DNA of 64,000 bases from contig CAXIUT010000230.1 of assembly GCA_964035545.1 (NCBI GenBank), positions 186,001 to 250,000 of the forward strand. Direction: 5' to 3'. Below the pieces are notes generated by a model. It was not told where the DNA came from. It made no database searches and saw only the letters and a list, made by a program, of their open reading frames with translations. Source of the stretch: Bugula neritina. Lineage: Eukaryota; Animalia; Bryozoa. The translations under genes and the position numbers were made by a program. Positions 16,081-30,600 of this stretch are shown here, piece after piece; position 1 is the stretch's first letter, and each line of letters opens with the position of its first letter.

Positions 16081-18400
16081 AACATACTGAAATACACTGC
16101 AAAATACTGAAATACACTGTAACATACTGAAATATACTGCAACATACTGAAGTACACTCCTACATACTGAAATATACTGCAACTCACTGCAACATACTGC
16201 AACATACTAAAATACACTGTAACATATTGAAATACACTGCAACACATTGAAATATACTGCAAAATATTGAAATACACTGCTACACACTGAAATATACTGC
16301 AACACATGGCAACATACTGCAACATACTAAAATATACTGCAACATACTAAAATACACTGCAAAATACTGAAATACGCTGTAACATACTGAAATATACTGC
16401 AACATACTGAAATATACTGCTACATACTGAAATATACTGCAACACACTGCAACATACTGCAACATACTAAAATACACTGTAACATAATGAAATACACTAC
16501 AACACATTGAAATATACTGCAAAATACTGAAATACACTGCTATATACTGAAATATACTGCAACACACTGAAACATACTGCAACATACTAAAATATACTGC
16601 AACATACTGAAATATACTGCAACACAGTGAAATATACTGCAATGTGCCGAAATATATGGTAAACTACTGAAATATACTGTAACACATTGAAAAATACTGC
16701 AACATACTGAAATACACTGCAACACACTGAAAAACACTGCAAAATACTGTAACACACTGAAATAAACTGCAAAACACTGAAATACACTGCTTCATACTGA
16801 AATACACTGCAAAATACTGAAATACACTGTAACATACTGAAGTACACTCCTACATACTGAAATATACTGCAACTCCCTGCAACATACTGCAACATACTAA
16901 AATACACTGTAACATATTGAAATACACTGCAACACATTGAAATATACTGCAAAATATTGAAATACACTGCTACACACTGAAATATACTGCAACACACGGC
17001 AACATACTGCAACATACTAAAATATACTGCAACATACTGAAATACACTGCAAAATACTGAAATACACTGTAACATACTGAAATATACTGCAACATACTGA
17101 AATATACTGCTACATACTGAAATATACTGCAACACACGGCAACATACTGCAACATACTAAAATATACTGCAACATACTGAAATACACTGCAAAATACTGA
17201 AATACACTGTAACATACTGAAATATACTGCAACATACTGAAATATACTGCTACATACTGAAATATACTGCAACACACTGCAACATACTGCAACATACTAA
17301 AACACACTGTAACATAATGAAATACACTGCAACACATTGAAATATACTGCAAAATACTGAAATACACTGCTATATACTGAGATATACTGCAACACACTGC
17401 AACATACTGCAACATACTAAAATATACTGCAACATACTGAAATACACTGCAAAATACTGAAATACACTGTAACATACTGAAATATACTGCAACATACTGA
17501 AATACACTGCTACATACTGAAATATACGGCAACACACTGCAACATACTGAAACATACTAAAATACACTGTAACATATTGAAATACACTGCAACACAGTGA
17601 AATATACTGCAATGTGCCGAAATGTATGGTAAACTACTGAAATATACTGTCACACATCAAAAAATACTGCAACATACTGAAATATACTGCGACACATTGC
17701 AATATACTGTAACATACCGAAATATGCTGTAGCGCATTGAAATACACTGCAACTCGCTGAAATATACTGCAACATACTGAAATACACTGTAACATACTGA
17801 AATACAGTGCTACATACTGAAATATACTGCAACATACTGCAACATACTGAAATACACTGTAACAAACTGAAATACACTGCAACGTACTACAACATTTTGA
17901 AACACACTGCAACACATTGAAATATACTGCAACATACCTAAATATACGGGAATATACCAAAATATACTGTAACACATTGAAAAATACTGCAACATACTGA
18001 AATACACTGCAACACACTGAAAAACACTGCAAAATACTGTAACACACTGAAATATACTGCAAAACACTGAAATACACTGCTACATACTGAAATATACTGC
18101 AACACAGTGCAACATACTGCAACATACTAAAATATACTGCAACATACTGAAATACACTGCTAAATACTGAAATACACTGTAACATACTGAAATACACTGC
18201 AAAATACTACAACATTTTGAAATACACTGCAATACATTGAAATATACTGCAACATACCTAAATATACGGTAATATACTGAAATATACTGTAACACATTGA
18301 AAAATACTACAAAATACTGAAATACACTGCAACATACTACAACATACTGAAATACGCTGTAATACATTGAAATCCACTGCAACACATTGAAATATACTGT

Positions 18401-21400
18401 AACTCGCTGAAACATACTGTAACTCACTGAAATATAGTGTAATATACGGAAATGTACTGTAAAATACTGGAATATAATGTAACACACTGAAATATACAGC
18501 AACATACTGAAGTACACTGTAACATACTGAAATAAACTGCAACATCCTGCAACATACTGAAATACACTGTAACATACTGAAATACACCGCAACATCCTAC
18601 AAGATACTGAAATACACTGTAACGTATTGAAGTACACTGCAACACATTGAAGTATTCTGCAACACACTTAAACATACGGCAACATACTGAAATATACTTC
18701 GGCACATTGCAATATACTGCAGCATACTGAAATATGCTGTAGCCTACTGAAATACACTGCATTATACCGAAATACACTGCTACATACTGAAATATACTGC
18801 AACATACTGAAATATACTGCCACACATTGCAATATACTGTAACATACTGAAATATCCTGTAGCACACTGAAATACACTGCAACTCACTAAAATATACTGC
18901 AACATACTGAAATACACTGTAACATATTGAAATATACTGCAACATACTGAAATACAGTGCTACATACTGAAATATACTGCAACATACTGCAACATACTGA
19001 AATACACTGTAACATACTGAAATACACTGCAACATACTACAACATATTGAAAGACACTGCAACACATTGAAATATGCTGCAACATACCTAAATATACGGT
19101 AATATACCAAAATAAACTGTTACACATTGAAAAATACTGCAACATACTGAAATACACTGCAACACACTGAAAAACACTGCAGAATACTGTAACACACTGA
19201 AATATACTGCAAAATACTGAAATACACTGCTACATACCTAAATATACTGCAACACACTGCAACATACTGCAACATACTAAAATATACTGCAACATACTGA
19301 AATACACTGCAAAATACTGAAATACACTGTAACATACTGAAATATACTGCAACATACTGAAGTACACTCCTACATACTGAAATATACTGCAACTCACCGC
19401 AACATACTGCAACATACTAAAATACACTGTAACATATTGAAATACACTGCAACACATTGAAATATACTGCAAAATATTGAAATACACTGCTACACACTGA
19501 AATATACTGCAACACACGGCAACATACTGCAACATACTAAAATATACTGCAACATACTGAAATACACTGCAAAACACTGAAATACGCTGTAACATACTGA
19601 AATATACTGCAACATACTGAAATATACTGCTACATACTGAAATATACTGCAACACACTGCAACATACTGCAACATACTAAAATACACTGTAACATAATGA
19701 AATACACTGCAACACATTGAAATATACTGCAAAATACTGAAATACACTGCTATATACTGAAACATACTGCAACACACTGCAACATACTGCAACATACTAA
19801 AATATACTGCAACATACTGAAATACACAGCAAAATACTGAAATACACTGTAACATACTGAAATATACTGCAACATACTGAAATACACTGCTACATACTGA
19901 AATATACGGCAACACACTGCAACATACTGAAACATACTAAAATACACTGTAACATATTGAAATACACTGCAACACAGTGAAATATACTGCAATGTGCCGA
20001 AATATATGGTAAACTACTGAAATATACTGTCACACATTGAAAATTACTGCAACATACTGAAATGAACTGCGACACATTGCAATATACTGTAACATACCGA
20101 AATATGCTGTAGCACATTGAAATACACTGCAACTCACTGAAATACAGTGCTACATACTGAAATATACTGCAACATACTGCAACATACTGAAATACACTGT
20201 AACAAACTGAAATACACTGCAACATACTACAACATTTTGAAACACACTGCAACACATTGAAATATACTGCAACATACCTAAATATACGGTAATATACCAA
20301 AATATACTGTAACACATTGAAAAATACTGCAACATACTGAAATACACTGCAACACACTGAAGAACACTGCAAAATACTGTAACACACTGAAATATACTGC
20401 AAAATACTGAAATACACTGCTACATACTGAAATATACTGCAACACAGTGCAACATACTGCAACATACTAAAATATACTGCAACATACTGAAATACACTGC
20501 TAAATACTGAAATACACTGTAACATACTGAAATACACTGCAAAACACTACAACATTTTGAAATACACTGCAATACATTGAAATATACTGCAACATACCTA
20601 AATATACGGTAATATACTGAAATATACTGTAACACATTGAAAAATACTACAAAATACTGAAATACACTGCAACATACTACAACATACTGAAATACGCTGT
20701 AAGACATTGAAATCCACTGCAACACATTGAAATATACTGTAACTCGCTGAAACATACTGTAACTCACTGAAATATAGTGTAATATACGGAAATGTACTGT
20801 AAAATACTGGAATATAATGTAACACACTGAAATATACAGCAACATACTGAAATACACTGTAACATACTGAAATAAACTGCAACATCCTGCAACATACTGA
20901 AATACACTGTAACATACTGAAATACACCGCAACATCCTACAAGATCCTGAAATACACTGGAACGTATTGAAGTACACTGCAACACATTGAAGTATTCTGC
21001 AACACACTTAAACATACGGCAACATACTGAAATATACTTCGGCACATTGCAATATACTGCAGCATACTGAAATATGCTGTAGCCTGCTGAAATACACTGC
21101 ATTATACTGAAATACACTGCTACATACTGAAATATACTGCAACATACTGAAATATACTGCGACACATTGCAATATACTGTAACATACTGAAATATGCTGT
21201 AGCACACTGAAATACACTGCAACTCACTGAAATATACTGCAACATACTGAAATACACTGTAACATATTGAAATATACTGCAACATACTGAAATACAGTGC
21301 TACATACTGAAATATACTGCAACATACTGCAACATACTGAAATACACTGTAACATACTGAAATACACTGCAACATACTACAACATATTGAAAGACACTGC

Positions 21401-24400
21401 AACACATTGAAATATGCTGCAACATACCTAAATATACGGTAATATACCAAAATAAACTGTTACACATTGAAAAATACTGCAACATACTGAAATACACTGC
21501 AACACACTGAAAAACACTGCAGAATACTGTAACACACTGAAATATACTGCAAAATACTGAAATACACTGCTACATACCTAAATATACTGCAACACACTGC
21601 AACATACTGCAACATACTAAAATATACTGCAACATACTGAAATACACTGCAAAATACTGAAATACACTGTAACATACTGAAATATACTGCAACATACTGA
21701 AGTACACTCCTACATACTGAAATATACTGCAACTCACCGCAACATACTGCAACATACTAAAATACACTGTAACATATTGAAATACACTGCAACACATTGA
21801 AATATACTGCAAAATATTGAAATACACTGCTACACACTGAAATATACTGCAACACACGGCAACATACTGCAACATACTAAAATATACTGCAACATACTGA
21901 AATACACTGCAAAACACTGAAATACGCTGTAACATACTGAAATATACTGCAACATACTGAAATATACTGCTACATACTGAAATATACTGCAACACACTGC
22001 AACATACTGCAACATACTAAAATACACTGTAACATAATGAAATACACTGCAACACATTGAAATATACTGCAAAATACTGAAATACACTGCTATATACTGA
22101 AACATACTGCAACACACTGCAACATACTGCAACATACTAAAATATACTGCAACATACTGAAATACACAGCAAAATACTGAAATACACTGTAACATACTGA
22201 AATATACTGCAACATACTGAAATACACTGCTACATACTGAAATATACGGCAACACACTGCAACATACTGAAACATACTAAAATACACTGTAACATATTGA
22301 AATACACTGCAACACAGTGAAATATACTGCAATGTGCCGAAATATATGGTAAACTACTGAAATATACTGTCACACATTGAAAATTACTGCAACATACTGA
22401 AATGAACTGCGACCCATTGCAATATACTGTAACATACCGAAATATGCTGTAGCACATTGAAATACACTGCAACTCACTGAAATACAGTGCTACATACTGA
22501 AATATACTGCAACATACTGCAACATACTGAAATACACTGTAACAAACTGAAATACACTGCAACATACTACAACATTTTGAAACACACTGCAACACATTGA
22601 AATATACTGCAACATACCTAAATATACGGTAATATACCAAAATATACTGTAACACATTGAAAAATACTGCAACATACTGAAATACACTGCAACACACTGA
22701 AGAACACTGCAAAATACTGTAACACACTGAAATATACTGCAAAATACTGAAATACACTGCTACATACTGAAATATACTGCAACACAGTGCAACATACTGC
22801 AACATACTAAAATATACTGCAACATACTGAAATACACTGCTAAATACTGAAATACACTGTAACATACTGAAATACACTGCAAAATACTACAACATTTTAA
22901 AATACACTGCAATACATTGAAATATACTGCAACATACCTAAATATACGGTAATATACTGAAATATACTGTAACACATTGAAAAATACTACAAAATACTGA
23001 AATACACTGCAACATACTACAACATACTGAAATACGCTGTAAGACATTGAAATCCACTGCAACACATTGAAATATACTGTAACTCGCTGAAACATACTGT
23101 AACTCACTGAAATATAGTGTAATATACGGAAATGTACTGTAAAATACTGGAATATAATGTAACACACTGAAATATACAGCAACATACTGAAATACACTGT
23201 AACATATTGAAATACACTGCAACACATTGAAATATACTGCAAAATATTGAAATACACTGCTACACACTGAAATATACTGCAACACACGGCAACATACTGC
23301 AACATACTAAAATATACTGCAACATACTGAAATACACTGCAAAATACTGAAATACACTGTAACATACTGAAATATACTGCAACATACTGAAATATACTGC
23401 TACATACTGAAATATACTGCAACACACGGCAACATACTGCAACATACTAAAATATACTGCAACATACTGAAATACACTGCAAAATACTGAAATACACTGT
23501 AACATACTGAAATATACTGCAACATACTGAAATATACTGCTACATACTGAAATATACTGCAACACACTGCAACATACTGCAACATACTAAAACACACTGT
23601 AACATAATGAAATACACTGCAACACATTGAAATATACTGCAAAATACTGAAATACACTGCTATATACTGAGATATACTGCAACACACTGCAACATACTGC
23701 AACATACTAAAATATACTGCAACATACTGAAATACACTGCAAAATACTGAAATACACTGTAACATACTGAAATATACTGCAACATACTGAAATACACTGC
23801 TACATACTGAAATATACGGCAACACACTGCAACATACTGAAACATACTAAAATACACTGTAACATAATGAAATACACTGCAACACAGTGAAATATACTGC
23901 AATGTGCCGAAATGTATGGTAAACTACTGAAATATACTGTCACACATCGAAAAATACTGCAACATACTGAAATATACTGCGACACATTGCAATATACTGT
24001 AACATACCGAAATATGCTGTAGCGCATTGAAATACACTGCAACTCGCTGAAATATACTGCAACATACTGAAATACACTGTAACATACTGAAATACAGTGC
24101 TACATACTGAAATATACTGCAACATACTGCAACATACTGAAATACACTGTAACAAACTGAAATACACTGCAACGTACTACAACATTTTGAAACACACTGC
24201 AACACATTGAAATATACTGCAACATACCTAAATATACGGGAATATACCAAAATATACTGTAACACATTGAAAAATGCTGCAACATACTGAAGTACACTGC
24301 AACACACTGAAAAACACTGCAAAATAATGTAACACACTGAAATATACTGCAAAACACTGAAATACACTGCTACATACTGAAATATACTGCAACACAGTGC

Positions 24401-24690
24401 AACATACTGCAACATACTAAAATATACTGCAACATACTGAAATACACTGCTAAATACTGAAATACACTGTAACATACTGAAATACACTGCAAAATACTAC
24501 AACATTTTGAAATACACTGCAATACATTGAAATATACTGCAACATACCTAAATATACGGTAATATACTGAAATATACTGTAACACATTGAAAAATACTAC
24601 AAAATACTGAAATACACTGCAACATACTACAACATACTGAAATACGCTGTAATACATTGAAATCCACTGCAACACATTGAAAAATACTGT
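18401..24690. repeat. 6290-bp super-HOR (2340 A-type + 2340 mosaic B-type + 1610 C-type)
   Basis: Landmark spacing. A-type markers attataccga, cacacattgc, aatatcctgt; B-type markers aagatcctga aatacactgg, gacccattgc; C-type markers gatatactgc, cacacatcga. Confidence 0.9.
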
Positions 24691-27600
24691 AACTCGCTGA
24701 AACATACTGTAACTCACTGAAATATAGTGTAATATACGGAAATGTACTGTAAAATACTGGAATATAATGTAACACACTGAAATATACAGCAACATACTGA
24801 AGTACACTGTAACATACTGAAATAAACTGCAACATCCTGCAACATACTGAAATACACTGTAACATACTGAAATACACCGCAACATCCTACAAGATACTGA
24901 AATACACTGTAACGTATTGAAGTACACTGCAACACATTGAAGTATTCTGCAACACACTTAAACATACGGCAACATACTGAAATATACTTCGGCACATTGC
25001 AATATACTGCAGCATACTGAAATATGCTGTAGCCTACTGAAATACACTGCATTATACCGAAATACACTGCTACATACTGAAATATACTGCAACATACTGA
25101 AATATACTGCCACACATTGCAATATACTGTAACATACTGAAATATCCTGTAGCACACTGAAATACACTGCAACTCACTAAAATATACTGCAACATACTGA
25201 AATACACTGTAACATATTGAAATATACTGCAACATACTGAAATACAGTGCTACATACTGAAATATACTGCAACATACTGCAACATACTGAAATACACTGT
25301 AACATACTGAAATACACTGCAACATACTACAACATATTGAAAGACACTGCAACACATTGAAATATGCTGCAACATACCTAAATATACGGTAATATACCAA
25401 AATAAACTGTTACACATTGAAAAATACTGCAACATACTGAAATACACTGCAACACACTGAAAAACACTGCAGAATACTGTAACACACTGAAATATACTGC
25501 AAAATACTGAAATACACTGCTACATACCTAAATATACTGCAACACACTGCAACATACTGCAACATACTAAAATATACTGCAACATACTGAAATACACTGC
25601 AAAATACTGAAATACACTGTAACATACTGAAATATACTGCAACATACTGAAGTACACTCCTACATACTGAAATATACTGCAACTCACCGCAACATACTGC
25701 AACATACTAAAATACACTGTAACATATTGAAATACACTGCAACACATTGAAATATACTGCAAAATATTGAAATACACTGCTACACACTGAAATATACTGC
25801 AACACACGGCAACATACTGCAACATACTAAAATATACTGCAACATACTGAAATACACTGCAAAACACTGAAATACGCTGTAACATACTGAAATATACTGC
25901 AACATACTGAAATATACTGCTACATACTGAAATATACTGCAACACACTGCAACATACTGCAACATACTAAAATACACTGTAACATAATGAAATACACTGC
26001 AACACATTGAAATATACTGCAAAATACTGAAATACACTGCTATATACTGAAACATACTGCAACACACTGCAACATACTGCAACATACTAAAATATACTGC
26101 AACATACTGAAATACACAGCAAAATACTGAAATACACTGTAACATACTGAAATATACTGCAACATACTGAAATACACTGCTACATACTGAAATATACGGC
26201 AACACACTGCAACATACTGAAACATACTAAAATACACTGTAACATATTGAAATACACTGCAACACAGTGAAATATACTGCAATGTGCCGAAATATATGGT
26301 AAACTACTGAAATATACTGTCACACATTGAAAATTACTGCAACATACTGAAATGAACTGCGACACATTGCAATATACTGTAACATACCGAAATATGCTGT
26401 AGCACATTGAAATACACTGCAACTCACTGAAATACAGTGCTACATACTGAAATATACTGCAACATACTGCAACATACTGAAATACACTGTAACAAACTGA
26501 AATACACTGCAACATACTACAACATTTTGAAAAACACTGCAACACATTGAAATATACTGCAACATACCTAAATATACGGTAATATACCAAAATATACTGT
26601 AACACATTGAAAAATACTGCAACATACTGAAATACACTGCAACACACTGAAGAACACTGCAAAATACTGTAACACACTGAAATATACTGCAAAATACTGA
26701 AATACACTGCTACATACTGAAATATACTGCAACACAGTGCAACATACTGCAACATACTAAAATATACTGCAACATACTGAAATACACTGCTAAATACTGA
26801 AATACACTGTAACATACTGAAATACACTGCAAAACACTACAACATTTTGAAATACACTGCAATACATTGAAATATACTGCAACATACCTAAATATACGGT
26901 AATATACTGAAATATACTGTAACACATTGAAAAATACTACAAAATACTGAAATACACTGCAACATACTACAACATACTGAAATACGCTGTAAGACATTGA
27001 AATCCACTGCAACACATTGAAATATACTGTAACTCGCTGAAACATACTGTAACTCACTGAAATATAGTGTAATATACGGAAATGTACTGTAAAATACTGG
27101 AATATAATGTAACACACTGAAATATACAGCAACATACTGAAATACACTGTAACATACTGAAATAAACTGCAACATCCTGCAACATACTGAAATACACTGT
27201 AACATACTGAAATACACCGCAACATCCTACAAGATCCTGAAATACACTGGAACGTATTGAAGTACACTGCAACACATTGAAGTATTCTGCAACACACTTA
27301 AACATACGGCAACATACTGAAATATACTTCGGCACATTGCAATATACTGCAGCATACTGAAATATGCTGTAGCCTGCTGAAATACACTGCATTATACTGA
27401 AATACACTGCTACATACTGAAATATACTGCAACATACTGAAATATACTGCCACACATTGCAATATACTGTAACATACTGAAATATCCTGTAGCACACTGA
27501 AATACACTGCAACTCACTAAAATATACTGCAACATACTGAAATACACTGTAACATATTGAAATATACTGCAACATACTGAAATACAGTGCTACATACTGA

Positions 27601-30600
27601 AATATACTGCAACATACTGCAACATACTGAAATACACTGTAACATACTGAAATACACTGCAACATACTACAACATATTGAAAGACACTGCAACACATTGA
27701 AATATGCTGCAACATACCTAAATATACGGTAATATACCAAAATAAACTGTTACACATTGAAAAATACTGCAACATACTGAAATACACTGCAACACACTGA
27801 AAAACACTGCAGAATACTGTAACACACTGAAATATACTGCAAAATACTGAAATACACTGCTACATACCTAAATATACTGCAACACACTGCAACATACTGC
27901 AACATACTAAAATATACTGCAACATACTGAAATACACTGCAAAATACTGAAATACACTGTAACATACTGAAATATACTGCAACATACTGAAGTACACTCC
28001 TACATACTGAAATATACTGCAACTCACCGCAACATACTGCAACATACTAAAATACACTGTAACATATTGAAATACACTGCAACACATTGAAATATACTGC
28101 AAAATATTGAAATACACTGCTACACACTGAAATATACTGCAACACACGGCAACATACTGCAACATACTAAAATATACTGCAACATACTGAAATACACTGC
28201 AAAACACTGAAATACGCTGTAACATACTGAAATATACTGCAACATACTGAAATATACTGCTACATACTGAAATATACTGCAACACACTGCAACATACTGC
28301 AACATACTAAAATACACTGTAACATAATGAAATACACTGCAACACATTGAAATATACTGCAAAATACTGAAATACACTGCTATATACTGAAACATACTGC
28401 AACACACTGCAACATACTGCAACATACTAAAATATACTGCAACATACTGAAATACACAGCAAAATACTGAAATACACTGTAACATACTGAAATATACTGC
28501 AACATACTGAAATACACTGCTACATACTGAAATATACGGCAACACACTGCAACATACTGAAACATACTAAAATACACTGTAACATATTGAAATACACTGC
28601 AACACAGTGAAATATACTGCAATGTGCCGAAATATATGGTAAACTACTGAAATATACTGTCACACATTGAAAATTACTGCAACATACTGAAATGAACTGC
28701 GACACATTGCAATATACTGTAACATACCGAAATATGCTGTAGCACATTGAAATACACTGCAACTCACTGAAATACAGTGCTACATACTGAAATATACTGC
28801 AACATACTGCAACATACTGAAATACACTGTAACAAACTGAAATACACTGCAACATACTACAACATTTTGAAACACACTGCAACACATTGAAATATACTGC
28901 AACATACCTAAATATACGGTAATATACCAAAATATACTGTAACACATTGAAAAATACTGCAACATACTGAAATACACTGCAACACACTGAAGAACACTGC
29001 AAAATACTGTAACACACTGAAATATACTGCAAAATACTGAAATACACTGCTACATACTGAAATATACTGCAACACAGTGCAACATACTGCAACATACTAA
29101 AATATACTGCAACATACTGAAATACACTGCTAAATACTGAAATACACTGTAACATACTGAAATACACTGCAAAACACTACAACATTTTGAAATACACTGC
29201 AATACATTGAAATATACTGCAACATACCTAAATATACGGTAATATACTGAAATATACTGTAACACATTGAAAAATACTACAAAATACTGAAATACACTGC
29301 AACATACTACAACATACTGAAATACGCTGTAAGACATTGAAATCCACTGCAACACATTGAAATATACTGTAACTCGCTGAAACATACTGTAACTCACTGA
29401 AATATAGTGTAATATACGGAAATGTACTGTAAAATACTGGAATATAATGTAACACACTGAAATATACAGCAACATACTGAAATACACTGTAACATACTGA
29501 AATAAACTGCAACATCCTGCAACATACTGAAATACACTGTAACATACTGAAATACACCGCAACATCCTACAAGATCCTGAAATACACTGGAACGTATTGA
29601 AGTACACTGCAACACATTGAAGTATTCTGCAACACACTTAAACATACGGCAACATACTGAAATATACTTCGGCACATTGCAATATACTGCAGCATACTGA
29701 AATATGCTGTAGCCTGCTGAAATACACTGCATTATACTGAAATACACTGCTACATACTGAAATATACTGCAACATACTGAAATATACTGCGACACATTGC
29801 AATATACTGTAACATACTGAAATATGCTGTAGCACACTGAAATACACTGCAACTCACTGAAATATACTGCAACATACTGAAATACACTGTAACATATTGA
29901 AATATACTGCAACATACTGAAATACAGTGCTACATACTGAAATATACTGCAACATACTGCAACATACTGAAATACACTGTAACATACTGAAATACACTGC
30001 AACATACTACAACATATTGAAAGACACTGCAACACATTGAAATATGCTGCAACATACCTAAATATACGGTAATATACCAAAATAAACTGTTACACATTGA
30101 AAAATACTGCAACATACTGAAATACACTGCAACACACTGAAAAACACTGCAAAATACTGTAACACACTGAAATATACTGCAAAATACTGAAATACACTGC
30201 TACATACTTAAATATACTGCAACACACTGCAACATACTGCAACATACTAAAATATACTGCAACATACTGAAATACACTGCAAAATACTGAAATACACTGT
30301 AACATACTGAAATATACTGCAACATACTGAAGTACACTCCTACATACTGAAATATACTGCAACTCACTGCAACATACTGCAACATACTAAAATACACTGT
30401 AACATATTGAAATACACTGCAACACATTGAAATATACCACAAAATATTGAAATACACTGCTACACACTGAAATATACTGCAACACACGGCAACATACTGC
30501 AACATACTAAAATATACTGCAACATACTGAAATACACTGCAAAACACTGAAATACGCTGTAACATACTGAAATATACTGCAACATACTGAAATATACTGC

